From a virus: a stretch of DNA of 64,000 nt. The notes below the pieces were generated by a model. That model was not told the DNA's origin and made no database searches. It was given only the letters and a program-made list of their open reading frames with translations. The stretch spans positions 1-64,000 of IMG/VR virus record IMGVR_UViG_3300031972_002446; one strand, given 5' to 3'. Positions within the stretch are counted from its first letter, which is position 1. Every line of letters starts with the position of its first letter. The position numbers were made by a program, and so were the translations under genes. Below, in pieces: positions 48,744-58,587 of the stretch.

Positions 48744-48778
48744 TGAAAGGGGGTTTGATGTTATCTCACCCCCCATAA
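48744..48778 (-). terminator. Putative intrinsic terminator
   Basis: GGGGGG-TGA...TCA-AA-CCCCC followed by TTTCATTT after the stop at 48781. Confidence 0.5.
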
Positions 48779-48780
48779 AA

Positions 48781-49101
48781 TTACTTGCAATTACAAGTGT
48801 TGCCGTTGCAAATAGTTCTACTAAAAGTTCTTGAACGAAGAACATTACAGCACCCATCTGTAACTGTTCTGGTTCTTGAGTATGTGCTGCCAGTTTTATT
48901 GCAAGCACAATCTGTAGAACGAATAAAAAGTCTCCTGCCAAACAAGCCTCTACGCACCCTACAGTTGCATGTGCTACATTCACAAGGACTGCAATCACAA
49001 TCTGCCGATACTGTAGTTTGAGGTTCAGATACTACTGGTGCTTCCCCGGCAAAAGCAGGCAAAGTTAAACCAGCCAATAATACTGCAATAAAAATCTTCA
49101 T
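48781..49101 (-). CDS. Secreted Cys/Arg/Thr-rich small protein
   Basis: GGAGG RBS, signal peptide, CDCSPCECSTCNC, RRGLFGRR. Confidence 0.65.
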   Translation of the reverse strand: MKIFIAVLLAGLTLPAFAGEAPVVSEPQTTVSADCDCSPCECSTCNCRVRRGLFGRRLFIRSTDCACNKTGSTYSRTRTVTDGCCNVLRSRTFSRTICNGNTCNCK

Positions 49102-49166
49102 ATTTCCTCCTGAAATTAAAAGTAAAATAATCACAAAACGTATTGTGATTCACAAAATTAATTGTT

Positions 49167-49547
49167 TTAAAATTTGGATCTAAATGTATAGAAAATTATA
49201 CCTATCAACATTGTTATTACTAACCATAAAATCCATTTATAAATTGGCGTTAAAATCATCATTGTACTTCTATTTATTGTGTGTTTTATATCTTGTGGAT
49301 TATTGTTACTTTTTTTTATTAATTCTTTTAATTCACATTTTGCATTTATGATATCAAACAAATCAATTTCTTTACCTTGTTTTAAACGAGACAAAACATA
49401 TTCTATAGGTTCTCCATACCTTTGTCTAGTTTCTTCTTTGTATTCTTTATGATTCAATCTAATCTCCCACTCATGTCTGTCCATATCATAAGGTCTGCTT
49501 GAGCCAATGTCAAGCCTGTATAATGTTGCTCCATTAGATATTTGCAC
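49167..49547 (-). CDS. Hypothetical protein with C-terminal TM
   Basis: ORF track; true start uncertain, probably shorter. Confidence 0.45.
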   Translation of the reverse strand: MQISNGATLYRLDIGSSRPYDMDRHEWEIRLNHKEYKEETRQRYGEPIEYVLSRLKQGKEIDLFDIINAKCELKELIKKSNNNPQDIKHTINRSTMMILTPIYKWILWLVITMLIGIIFYTFRSKF

Positions 49548-50035
49548 AATCCTGCGTACTGAGCGTATTTTTCTGGATTTTGTGGAGTATTCTTTGGTGC
49601 TTCTTTAACATCACACCTTTCTCTCATCCACCTAAGTATATGAGTATCTAATACAACTTCATCACAAAATTCTCTAGTATGAAGCAAAAAGAATCTGGCA
49701 GTCTTTGGCCCAACACCATAAACATCCATCAAGTCTTCTCTTGTGCAAGTTCTCAAGTTTAATTTAGATGAGAAATATAAAGCCTTGCGTATCCTATCAT
49801 ACTGTCCTGTCTTATGTGCCTTCAAATAATTATGAAGTTCTGATAACTTGAGGCTTTTAATAAACTCAAATGGAGTCATATCTCCTCTGTCTTTGAGTAG
49901 TTTAGTAACTAATCTAGCAGTTGTGTCGCTATTCTTACCGGCAACGAGGATGCAGAATATCCAGAAAGATTGCAATTCTGAATCGGTACGATTGTAGTTA
50001 GTAATATCTTTAGGATCAATCAAAGTTTCCATCAT
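49454..50035 (-). CDS. HhH-GPD DNA glycosylase-like protein
   Basis: VAGK, GVGPKTARFFL (HhH with Lys), LDTHILRW. Confidence 0.8.
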   Translation of the reverse strand: MMETLIDPKDITNYNRTDSELQSFWIFCILVAGKNSDTTARLVTKLLKDRGDMTPFEFIKSLKLSELHNYLKAHKTGQYDRIRKALYFSSKLNLRTCTREDLMDVYGVGPKTARFFLLHTREFCDEVVLDTHILRWMRERCDVKEAPKNTPQNPEKYAQYAGLCKYLMEQHYTGLTLAQADLMIWTDMSGRLD

Positions 50036-50100
50036 TAAAATCCGTTATCCAAAGTAGTAGATAGACCAAAGTAAACAACAACAAAATAGTGATATTGTCC

Positions 50101-50129
50101 ATTATATAACTCTATTCGTCTTTTGTCAA
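50101..50129 (-). promoter_or_regulatory. Sigma70-type promoter (CGAA variant)
   Basis: TTGACA-aaagacgaatagagtta(17)-TATAAT. Confidence 0.75.
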
Positions 50130-50798
50130 CTGGCAACTTGAATTTTTTTTATAATTTAAAGTTGACTCAAAATTTTCACATTGACCAATTAAGTCGGTTA
50201 TAGGCGTATATATATTTAGTCTCGGATGAATGTAATATTTATATACTTGGTCTATATGGCTTAGTCTTTTAAGACCTTGATCTTTTTTGATCGCACCACT
50301 CTCCATATTATTTATATGGTCTATTAGCGTTTGAACCACATCTTTAATAATTTTTGGATTCATAATATATGCATGTGTTTGTAATTGCCACTCCGGTTTA
50401 TAAATATAATTATCAACTAATTTAGTTTCGGAGATTAATTTTGCATTTTGGCTTTCTTTATTAAAATAAACAGGCTTATCAAAATATATCATATCCCAAT
50501 TCAGAGACAAATTGTTTTTCAGTATATAATCTATATACTTATTTACTTCGTCAATATCATAAATTTCGGCATCGTCTTCTAAAATTAAGCACAGTTCATC
50601 TATATCTGTAATACTTTTAAGAATCTCTAAATGAGTTAAAAATAAAGATTTGATATTCGTATTATAAAAGTTTGTAAAATGATTACATTTTATAGAATTA
50701 ATAATTTGATATTTTAATTTAAATTTCTCAAATTGTTTTTTTTGAAAATATAACCTATCAATAAGTTTAGGATGGTTTATTAAAAATATTTTATCCAC
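50112..50798 (-). CDS. GT25 glycosyltransferase
   Basis: KIFLIN, SLFLTH, LILEDDA, WDMIYF, THAYI; GTG start inferred. Confidence 0.8.
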   Translation of the reverse strand: MDKIFLINHPKLIDRLYFQKKQFEKFKLKYQIINSIKCNHFTNFYNTNIKSLFLTHLEILKSITDIDELCLILEDDAEIYDIDEVNKYIDYILKNNLSLNWDMIYFDKPVYFNKESQNAKLISETKLVDNYIYKPEWQLQTHAYIMNPKIIKDVVQTLIDHINNMESGAIKKDQGLKRLSHIDQVYKYYIHPRLNIYTPITDLIGQCENFESTLNYKKNSSCQLTKDE

Positions 50799-50805
50799 AG
50801 AAGTT

Positions 50806-51252
50806 TTATTTGGTGCTTCGTGGATGTCCTTTTGGTAGTAAGTCATTGTCTTGCTTATAGCCAGAATTTGATGGCCTTCCCGTTCTGAGTATTGTAAGAA
50901 AAGCATTTACTCTTGCCATAGCCCAACCATCTCTACTCATTTTAGGGGCGTGAGAAGTTGAATACGCTCCAGCGCCTCTTCTGTATACTGCTTTTAACAT
51001 ACCTAATGTAGCCTTACTCCCTTTACCCTTCTTTTTAATTTTTTCATTATGTTCACTAACTTTATTCTTTAATTTATCTATAGTCTTTTTACTAAACGTA
51101 ATCTTGCTTTTGTCGTCTTTGGCACTATCAGGTTTATTTTTCTTACTACCTTTTTTCTGATCTTTTTTAGGAGCAGGAGTTCTTCGTGGGTCTTTTGGCC
51201 CAGGTTTATCTGCTACTGTTTTTAACGCCTCTAGAAATTTGTTAGTTCTCAT
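50806..51252 (-). CDS. Basic protein with DUF5824-like domain
   Basis: AVYRRG.GAY.TSH...WAMARVNAF...D.DLLP..HP. Confidence 0.7.
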   Translation of the reverse strand: MRTNKFLEALKTVADKPGPKDPRRTPAPKKDQKKGSKKNKPDSAKDDKSKITFSKKTIDKLKNKVSEHNEKIKKKGKGSKATLGMLKAVYRRGAGAYSTSHAPKMSRDGWAMARVNAFLTILRTGRPSNSGYKQDNDLLPKGHPRSTK

Positions 51253-51275
51253 AATATCTCCTTTATTAGAAATGG

Positions 51276-51662
51276 TTATACACCATTTTTTTTACCTTTT
51301 AAATCTGCTATATTTTGTGCAATATCTACTAGCCTATCCCAATTTGCATCAATATATTCTTTTGGCCCACCCATATCAGCCTGTGCCTGTGCTATTTCTT
51401 CGGTAGGAACCATCTCGATAGCATCCCAAGGACAGACTTTAAGATCATATTTCTTACCTTTACCGCCGGGAACATGAATACATTGTTCGCAACCTATACA
51501 AGTAGACAAATCAATCTCACACCATTGAGTTACTCCCTGTTTTATCTGGAATATACAATCAACAGGACATACTTCTAAACAAGCCTCACAACCAGTACAA
51601 TTATCTGCTTGAATTATTGCTAATTCTTTAGGAATCTTTTTTCTTGGTTTTTTGTTTGCCAT
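51276..51662 (-). CDS. 2x[4Fe-4S] ferredoxin-like protein
   Basis: CTGCEACLEVCP and CIGCEQC...CPWDAI. Confidence 0.9.
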   Translation of the reverse strand: MANKKPRKKIPKELAIIQADNCTGCEACLEVCPVDCIFQIKQGVTQWCEIDLSTCIGCEQCIHVPGGKGKKYDLKVCPWDAIEMVPTEEIAQAQADMGGPKEYIDANWDRLVDIAQNIADLKGKKNGV

Positions 51663-52957
51663 TATGCTATAATATCGTGTTGAATGTTACCAAATACATC
51701 AGTTAGTCTAAAGTCTCTACCACTATATCTATATGTTAATTTACTATGGTCAATACCCATTAGATGTAATATAGTAGCATGTAAATCATGCATGTCCATA
51801 CCATCCACTGCTTTATGCCCAAAATCATCAGTAGAACCATATCTCATACCACCTTTAACACCACCACCTGCCATCCACATAGAAAATCCACTATTATTAT
51901 GATCTCTACCTGTTGCTCCTTCTTTTATACCGGGAGTTCTGCCAAACTCACTTCCAAATAATATAATTGTATCTTCAAATAATCCAGAATCTTTTAAGTC
52001 TTGGATCAAAGCAGCGATAGGTTTATCAATAGCAGAAGTATTCTTTTTTAAATTATCATTAATGTTCTGGTGCATATCCCATCCACCATGACCAATCTCT
52101 ACGAATCTAACTCCTGCTTCACTAAATTTCTTTGCTAATAAACACTGTTTGCCAAATTTAGCAGTGGCTTTATCATTGATACCATACTTCTGTAAGGTTT
52201 GTTGCGATTCTTTTGATATATCAATAGTATTAGGAACACTTGTCTGCATCCTAAAAGCCAACTCATAACTCTCAATCAATCCTTCTAGTCTACCATTTTC
52301 TGCACCATCTTTTAGGTGCATCTGGTTAAAGTCTCTTAATAAATCTAAATCTTTTCTTTGTCTGTCTTTAGTTGTAGATGTATTTACAAGATTAGGTATA
52401 GCACTTTTACTACCAGCATTAATAGCAGTGCCTTGATATACTGCTGGTAAGAATGAACTACCATAATTATCAGGCCCAATGTTAGCATCTATAGTTATAA
52501 ACCCCGGCAACTCTTTATTCTCTGTGCCTAATCCATACAATAACCAACTACCCATACTAGGTCTACTGAATTGAAAATTCCCGGTATGTAATAAACTTCT
52601 TGCTTGATTATGATTACCTGTTTTACTCTTCATACCATTCAACAGACATAAATCATCTGCATGTTTACGCAAGTGTGGGAAGTTCTCGCTAATTTCTATG
52701 CCGCTATCTCCTGCTGGAGTTAAAGGCACTCCCGGTTTCATAATCTTTCTACCTTTACTTACAGGATCATCTATACCTGCTTTTTCTACCATTAAAGGCT
52801 TATGATCAAAAGTATCAGTATGAGTCATACCACCATTCATATACATGAATATAACTCTCTTATTACTTTTCATAGCCTCTTCTGCCATTAATCCTTTTAA
52901 TGCTAACATACCGAAACCAAAACTACTGGCTTGTAATAAACTTCTTCTATTTAACAT
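51662..52957 (-). CDS. DUF1501 family protein (alkaline phosphatase/sulfatase-like), Tat-exported
   Basis: NRRSLL, GG..H.DTFD, RPSMGSW..YGLG, GWDMH, EFGRTP, GRDH, DLHATILH..G. Confidence 0.93.
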   Translation of the reverse strand: MLNRRSLLQASSFGFGMLALKGLMAEEAMKSNKRVIFMYMNGGMTHTDTFDHKPLMVEKAGIDDPVSKGRKIMKPGVPLTPAGDSGIEISENFPHLRKHADDLCLLNGMKSKTGNHNQARSLLHTGNFQFSRPSMGSWLLYGLGTENKELPGFITIDANIGPDNYGSSFLPAVYQGTAINAGSKSAIPNLVNTSTTKDRQRKDLDLLRDFNQMHLKDGAENGRLEGLIESYELAFRMQTSVPNTIDISKESQQTLQKYGINDKATAKFGKQCLLAKKFSEAGVRFVEIGHGGWDMHQNINDNLKKNTSAIDKPIAALIQDLKDSGLFEDTIILFGSEFGRTPGIKEGATGRDHNNSGFSMWMAGGGVKGGMRYGSTDDFGHKAVDGMDMHDLHATILHLMGIDHSKLTYRYSGRDFRLTDVFGNIQHDIIA

Positions 52958-52959
52958 AT

Positions 52960-53583
52960 TTACTCTCCGAATTTATAGTTTAATAATTCTATATCTTGTT
53001 CATATTTGTCTTTAACTATTTGTTGAGTTTCCTCATTATAATATTCTTGATATGGTCTGTGTTTGGATTTGTGCATTGTTTTAAATTTCTTACGTTTGGG
53101 CATACCTATTGCATCACACACAAAACCAAGATCATTTGCAAAATTTTCAAAACGACCTACAAAATCTATTTGATCAATAGGATACAATTCTGTTTGTAAC
53201 CTATAATGTCTATCGCATGTCTTAGTCTTTACATTTCTTATATAATGTATAAACTTATCAAATGTTTTAAAGTTATTCTTATTGAAGTTCTCATAACCAT
53301 CCTCCATTTTATTAAAATAACAACTAACTAATCTATCCCAAGGGTTTCTAACAAAAGCAAATTTAAAATAATTATCAGAATACATTCGGTTTTTCCATAG
53401 CAGATATTCCTGCCAAACATTTTCATCGTTCTGATATATATTAATTCTATTACAAAAACTTATTTTAGTATGTTGGCATAAGTGGGAAAGAATCGTTGTT
53501 GTTGCTGCTTTCGCAACCCTGAACCACAAATATTTATTTTTTTGTGATGAAGTTATCATAAATTTTGTTTTAATATACTTCAT
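52960..53583 (-). CDS. Sulfotransferase family 2
   Basis: KAATTT, FKFAFVRNPWDRLVS, DFVGRFE, YQEYY. Confidence 0.88.
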   Translation of the reverse strand: MKYIKTKFMITSSQKNKYLWFRVAKAATTTILSHLCQHTKISFCNRINIYQNDENVWQEYLLWKNRMYSDNYFKFAFVRNPWDRLVSCYFNKMEDGYENFNKNNFKTFDKFIHYIRNVKTKTCDRHYRLQTELYPIDQIDFVGRFENFANDLGFVCDAIGMPKRKKFKTMHKSKHRPYQEYYNEETQQIVKDKYEQDIELLNYKFGE

Positions 53584-55952
53584 TTAATATTTCTAAATTC
53601 TCCTGTACAGATTATTATTTGAATAAGTTTGGCAAGATCGCTATCTTGTTTAATAAACTCTATAGATTTTTTATTCTCTTGCTCTGTCGGTGGACGACCT
53701 AAAAACTTTAGAAATATTTTATTTATGTTGTTGCGATATAATATACTGGGCATGGTTTTACCCATCTTTTTATTATGTTCAATCAATACTTTGGCTTCTT
53801 CTTGTGCCAATGCTATAATCTTAGGATTATTCATTAGAAATAACGCTTGTGTAGAAACTGTCGTAACGCTTCTCTCTGCATTAAGCAAACTATTATCTGG
53901 TCTATCAAATATATCCAGCACCTCAATCTTATTATCTCTTAACGATGGAATATAAATTGATCTTGCTCTTGTTTCTCCAATATACTTTCTTAATTCTTTA
54001 CTAGGATTTTTTATACCTGTTTGAAAATCACTTACATTTTTATGCGACCCGTCTAGTTTACCTGATACAAATAATAATGAATCCCTAATTTGTTCAGCCT
54101 CTAATCTTTTCTCATTCATTCTCCAGAAATAAATATTGTCAGGATCAATCTCATAATTATTTTTATCAAACTTACTACTACGCCTATAAGCATTGCTCAT
54201 TACAATAGTTTTTATAAGTCTTTTATTTGATAGTCTACCAGTAATAAATTTAGTGGATAAATAGTTCATAAGTTTAAGATTAGTAGGCTCTCCACCAAGT
54301 ATACCAAAATTATCAAAACTATCCAGTATACCTTTACCAAACAAATGTCTCCATACCCTATTAACATGAACCCTATAAGTTAATGGATTAGTTTTATGCG
54401 TTATCCATTCCGCAAACTCATATCGTCCACTGGTATTATCAAAATTAAGATTAGGTCTATCGCTAAATATTTCTGGTAATCTTCTAGGTACTTCATCACC
54501 CAGATTATTTACCTCTCCTCTGATCGCTAACTTAACCTCGCTCATTTTTTCTTTATCTTTAACAGACATAACCGGCTCAAGATATTCTAGCGTAGGAAAT
54601 TCTTCCTTGCCAGTAATCTCTTTTAGTTTATTCATCTTTTCTGTTAGTTGTTTTTCTCTTTTTCCTAATTCTTTATCTAATTGTTGTTCTGTTGCTCTTT
54701 TATTCCATGTTTTAATAGAATCTATTTGTGTCTGTAAATTTTTAATATCACATAATAAAAACCATTCCTCTATTTTTTTCTTCTTATATAAATCTTCTGT
54801 TTCTTTTGTCACAAGATAATCATAGTTTCCAAGATATCCAGTATTATTATTTCCCCGATACAAACCATCCATATTTTCTGTATTATTAAACACCCCAGCA
54901 ACACCATAATAGTCTTGCTGAGAAAATGGATCAAACTTATGATCATGGCATCTAGCACAACTTAAAGTCATACCTAGAAAACCCCTAGTGATTACATCTA
55001 TCTGATCGTCATTACGATCTGCCTCAAACTGTTTGGTTTGTGCCTGTATATTTTTAGTACCTATAGTTAAAAATCCTGTAGCGATCCTGTTATTGTTATA
55101 TTCTTCATAACTTTTATGTGGTAGTAGATCACCAGCGATTTGTTCTTTGATAAATTGATCGTATGGTTTGTCTTGATTAAAACTATCTATAACATAATCT
55201 CTATATCTCCAAGCATAAGGACTAATTAAATTCCTATCTTGCCCAGATGATTCTGCGTACCTTGCCACATCAAGCCAGTGTCGTCCCCATTTCTCTCCAA
55301 ACCCCTCATCTTGCAATAAACTATCAACTAACTTTTCATACTTATCTTCTGAAGTATCATCAGTATAGCCTTTTATTTGTTCAATACTTGGTGGCAAACC
55401 AATCAGGTCAAAATAAAGTCTGCGAACAATAGTATAATCGTCTGCTGCCTCTACTGGTTTTAGTTTGTTCTTTTCTATTTCTAAATTTAATATAGCATCT
55501 ATCTCTGTACCATCATCGTATTTGGCTACAGGAGGTCTCGCAACCTTTTTAAATGCCCAGAAATTTCTAGCCTGCTTTAATTCTACTGCCCTATTCTCAT
55601 GCTTATATCTTGGGTCAGGCATACCCATTTTAATCCATTGTCTAAAATTATTGACAACTTCTTCGCTGAGAGGATTATCTGGAGGCATATCACCAGACTC
55701 AATATAATCTAATAACAAACTCTCATCTGTCTTACCGGGAACAACTGATGGGCCAGAATCACCACCGTTTAATATGCCTTGCCTAGTATCTACAGACAAT
55801 CCACCCTTTACATCTTTAGAATTGGAAGAGTGACAAGAATAACATTGAGTGGTCAAAACTGGCTTAATATTTTGTTCAAAAAACTTTATACCGTTGTCTT
55901 GGGCAAATAATGATCCAGATAATAACACAAAGATAATACAGGACGACCTCAT
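53580..55952 (-). CDS. PSD1/planctomycete cytochrome c protein (PSCyt1-DUF1549-DUF1553)
   Basis: Signal peptide, FFE..I.PVL...CYSCH, RRLYFDLIGLPP, WLDVARYAES, CARCHDHKFDP, VNRVW.HLFG.G, RLEAEQIRD, QALFLMN. Confidence 0.95.
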   Translation of the reverse strand: MRSSCIIFVLLSGSLFAQDNGIKFFEQNIKPVLTTQCYSCHSSNSKDVKGGLSVDTRQGILNGGDSGPSVVPGKTDESLLLDYIESGDMPPDNPLSEEVVNNFRQWIKMGMPDPRYKHENRAVELKQARNFWAFKKVARPPVAKYDDGTEIDAILNLEIEKNKLKPVEAADDYTIVRRLYFDLIGLPPSIEQIKGYTDDTSEDKYEKLVDSLLQDEGFGEKWGRHWLDVARYAESSGQDRNLISPYAWRYRDYVIDSFNQDKPYDQFIKEQIAGDLLPHKSYEEYNNNRIATGFLTIGTKNIQAQTKQFEADRNDDQIDVITRGFLGMTLSCARCHDHKFDPFSQQDYYGVAGVFNNTENMDGLYRGNNNTGYLGNYDYLVTKETEDLYKKKKIEEWFLLCDIKNLQTQIDSIKTWNKRATEQQLDKELGKREKQLTEKMNKLKEITGKEEFPTLEYLEPVMSVKDKEKMSEVKLAIRGEVNNLGDEVPRRLPEIFSDRPNLNFDNTSGRYEFAEWITHKTNPLTYRVHVNRVWRHLFGKGILDSFDNFGILGGEPTNLKLMNYLSTKFITGRLSNKRLIKTIVMSNAYRRSSKFDKNNYEIDPDNIYFWRMNEKRLEAEQIRDSLLFVSGKLDGSHKNVSDFQTGIKNPSKELRKYIGETRARSIYIPSLRDNKIEVLDIFDRPDNSLLNAERSVTTVSTQALFLMNNPKIIALAQEEAKVLIEHNKKMGKTMPSILYRNNINKIFLKFLGRPPTEQENKKSIEFIKQDSDLAKLIQIIICTGEFRNIK

Positions 55953-56086
55953 GTGTGATACCTCCTAAATTGGTATATTGAAATACACCGTACTATGTTT
56001 TTATACTACCTTTCTTATGTTTAGGTATATATGGACAATTCCTGCATCCACTACCACAACACTCTTTTCTCGATAATAATAATTCT

Positions 56087-56275
56087 CTAGTTAATGCATT
56101 TGTCATTTAATTTAATAATTGTCCAGTACTTACTGCCACAATGATTATCCACCCATTCTTCTGCCATGTATTTTTCTTCAAAAGGCCCGAATATTCTATC
56201 ATCTCTATCACCAATACGAAAATTTTTTAATTCAATAGCGTATTTACTCATGTTGCTAGTAACAACAATATACAT
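56087..56275 (-). CDS. Hypothetical protein
   Basis: FGPF motif; AGGA RBS. Confidence 0.5.
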   Translation of the reverse strand: MYIVVTSNMSKYAIELKNFRIGDRDDRIFGPFEEKYMAEEWVDNHCGSKYWTIIKLNDKCIN

Positions 56276-56295
56276 ATTACATCCTTATATTTTTA

Positions 56296-56670
56296 TTACA
56301 GACAATTCTTTGTAAAAATTATTCCTTTGTTTTGTGGTGCTGGTTGAGGCTTAGGGAATTTAACCACATCACTAACAACCCACCCATATTTGTTTTTATC
56401 GTCCCATTTATACGACATATCATTATCTGGTACAAGATGACGGTTATAATCATCACGCCACTCATTTTCATCTTTATATTGAAAACTATGAGAGAAAGTA
56501 ACTATACCAATGATCCTAGCCTTGAAATTCCCTGTCTTGCCGGGAGTTTCTATTAAGGCTAGTTCTTCGCCCTCATATTTCTCTGGCAGGGGGTAACTTC
56601 TCGTTTCCACACATTTATTTCCAATAATTAAATTTTCTGCCCAAGGACACTGAATATTAATACCAGTCAT
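56296..56670 (-). CDS. ASCH domain protein
   Basis: IQCPWA..II.G.K.VETR, IIG.V, YGW. Confidence 0.8.
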   Translation of the reverse strand: MTGINIQCPWAENLIIGNKCVETRSYPLPEKYEGEELALIETPGKTGNFKARIIGIVTFSHSFQYKDENEWRDDYNRHLVPDNDMSYKWDDKNKYGWVVSDVVKFPKPQPAPQNKGIIFTKNCL

Positions 56671-56860
56671 TTTTATGCAAATACTCCTGAAGGAAATTTT
56701 TTAAGGCATGAAGTTCTATTTTACTCATCGGACTGAAACTGTCAATATATCCAGTTTTTTCTTCGCCTTCTTCTGTTTTATAAACTCTGTAAAATTGAAT
56801 AGAGTGTATATCCTTATGTATATTTTCTTGTATTTTGAAATCTACTGTTTTAGGTAACAT
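56657..56860 (-). CDS. Small protein, family B
   Basis: Similar to 59940-60137; GGTGTAT upstream. Confidence 0.55.
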   Translation of the reverse strand: MLPKTVDFKIQENIHKDIHSIQFYRVYKTEEGEEKTGYIDSFSPMSKIELHALKNFLQEYLHKNDWY

Positions 56861-56917
56861 AATTAATAATCCGGTTCTACAATGTAAAAATAATACAGTT
56901 TGTATACACCTTTATAT

Positions 56918-57745
56918 TTAATTATTCGTATAGTATTTTAATATGTCGTCAATACCTTTTTTTATAGTGATTTGAGGATGCCAGAAGTTCATTATGTATT
57001 CATCTGGAGGATTTAGTTTATTAAATTGTACTTCATCTGTTTGCGTGTCCTTTACTATATCACAATTTGTTTTATTGCTAATCAGTTTAGCAATATCTAT
57101 TATTTTCACCCATTCAAAACTAGTTATATGATAGGGCTTAGTCTTGTCTAGACTATGAAACTGTTCAGCCAGTATACTTAAACAATTACTACAATCATCT
57201 GCGTGTAAAAACTGCCTAGATTCCTCACCATCTGTTAACATATCAATAACGCCATTATTAATTGCTTTTAATATAAAGTCTGTTATTACATGGAATTTGT
57301 TTGCATCTTTTTCTATTCCGTAAACATTCCAAAACTTAACAACTAAACCACCCAATAATTTTGTATAAATTTCCCCTATGTTTTTTAATGCGCCATAGGT
57401 CGATTGTTCCATGTTGGACATTTGAGAGGAAGCAAATATAAAAGGTTTCGCATGTCTTCCTATAAGACTCATAGTATTTTCTATGATTCTCATATTATTG
57501 GAAACAAATTTTGGATCATTTTGATATTCTTTTAAATATCTTGAACCACCAACATCAAACGCTAAAAAATATATAAAATCACTTTTACATATGTAGTCTT
57601 CTAAGATTGTATTATTTGGTATTCGTAAATCATGGTTGTGAGTAATACTAATATCAAATTCTAAAACTTTTTCTTGTTTGTTTTTTAAGAAAGAAGTTAG
57701 ATGGTTGCCTATTTGACCAGATGATCCTATAATTAAACTTGTCAT
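56918..57745 (-). CDS. NAD-dependent epimerase/dehydratase (extended SDR)
   Basis: GSSGQIG, YGALK (YxxxK), NVYG, RQFLH. Confidence 0.9.
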   Translation of the reverse strand: MTSLIIGSSGQIGNHLTSFLKNKQEKVLEFDISITHNHDLRIPNNTILEDYICKSDFIYFLAFDVGGSRYLKEYQNDPKFVSNNMRIIENTMSLIGRHAKPFIFASSQMSNMEQSTYGALKNIGEIYTKLLGGLVVKFWNVYGIEKDANKFHVITDFILKAINNGVIDMLTDGEESRQFLHADDCSNCLSILAEQFHSLDKTKPYHITSFEWVKIIDIAKLISNKTNCDIVKDTQTDEVQFNKLNPPDEYIMNFWHPQITIKKGIDDILKYYTNN

Positions 57746-58587
57746 TATGCTACATACCTTATATGTTTATCTATCATGGTATAAGGACTATTAGAGTATA
57801 AAGCACTAAAGAATCCTAAATTACTATTAACCAATAATTTATGATGACATTTACTCATCAGCAAAGCCTCTAAAACAGCCGCTTCACCTTTATCATAATT
57901 ATTGTTATTAAAAAGCCAAGTAGTATCAATATTATTTTTATCCGATATATATGGATGATCATAGAATATAATACTATTACCGAAATATTTTCTAATATAA
58001 TCTCTGGGTTCTTTATCATTAGACATTACATAAACTTTATCGTAATCGTCTATGTAAGATTTAATAGTTTTAACATAGTATTCGTTGTCCATCAAATATT
58101 GTTGATGTCTACCATGTCCTCTGTTATTATTGGCGTAATGTTCCCCATTTCTAATATGTATACCAATTACTTTGTATTGACTGAATAATGTTTGATGTAA
58201 AATATCTAATTTGTGTTGTATATGAGGCTGGATTTTAATATATTTGTCAATTATTGTCTTGGCAAAATGTATAACATCTTGATCTTTATCTAAAACATAT
58301 CTACCATTTTTTACAGTGAACATTAGGTTATTGACGAAATTTTGATTAACTATAATATCGGAGGTTGTCTCGGAAGATATATCTACATCTAAAAAAGGTT
58401 GTTGAAAATAATATTCCCAAACATTGTTGGTTTTATTATAATTAGTGTCGTAATAAGGCGTGGTATTAATTAAAGAAATATATAAAGCATCTTCTGAATT
58501 TTTTAAATATTTAAAAGCATCTACGACAGTCCAAAAATATGCAAACAAACCTCTGGAAGCAAAATTATCTTTATAAATATAAATCAT
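57745..58587 (-). CDS. NodZ/GT23-like fucosyltransferase
   Basis: G.FA, NVWEYYFQQ, IGIHIR, EALLMSKC...SN. Confidence 0.75.
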   Translation of the reverse strand: MIYIYKDNFASRGLFAYFWTVVDAFKYLKNSEDALYISLINTTPYYDTNYNKTNNVWEYYFQQPFLDVDISSETTSDIIVNQNFVNNLMFTVKNGRYVLDKDQDVIHFAKTIIDKYIKIQPHIQHKLDILHQTLFSQYKVIGIHIRNGEHYANNNRGHGRHQQYLMDNEYYVKTIKSYIDDYDKVYVMSNDKEPRDYIRKYFGNSIIFYDHPYISDKNNIDTTWLFNNNNYDKGEAAVLEALLMSKCHHKLLVNSNLGFFSALYSNSPYTMIDKHIRYVA

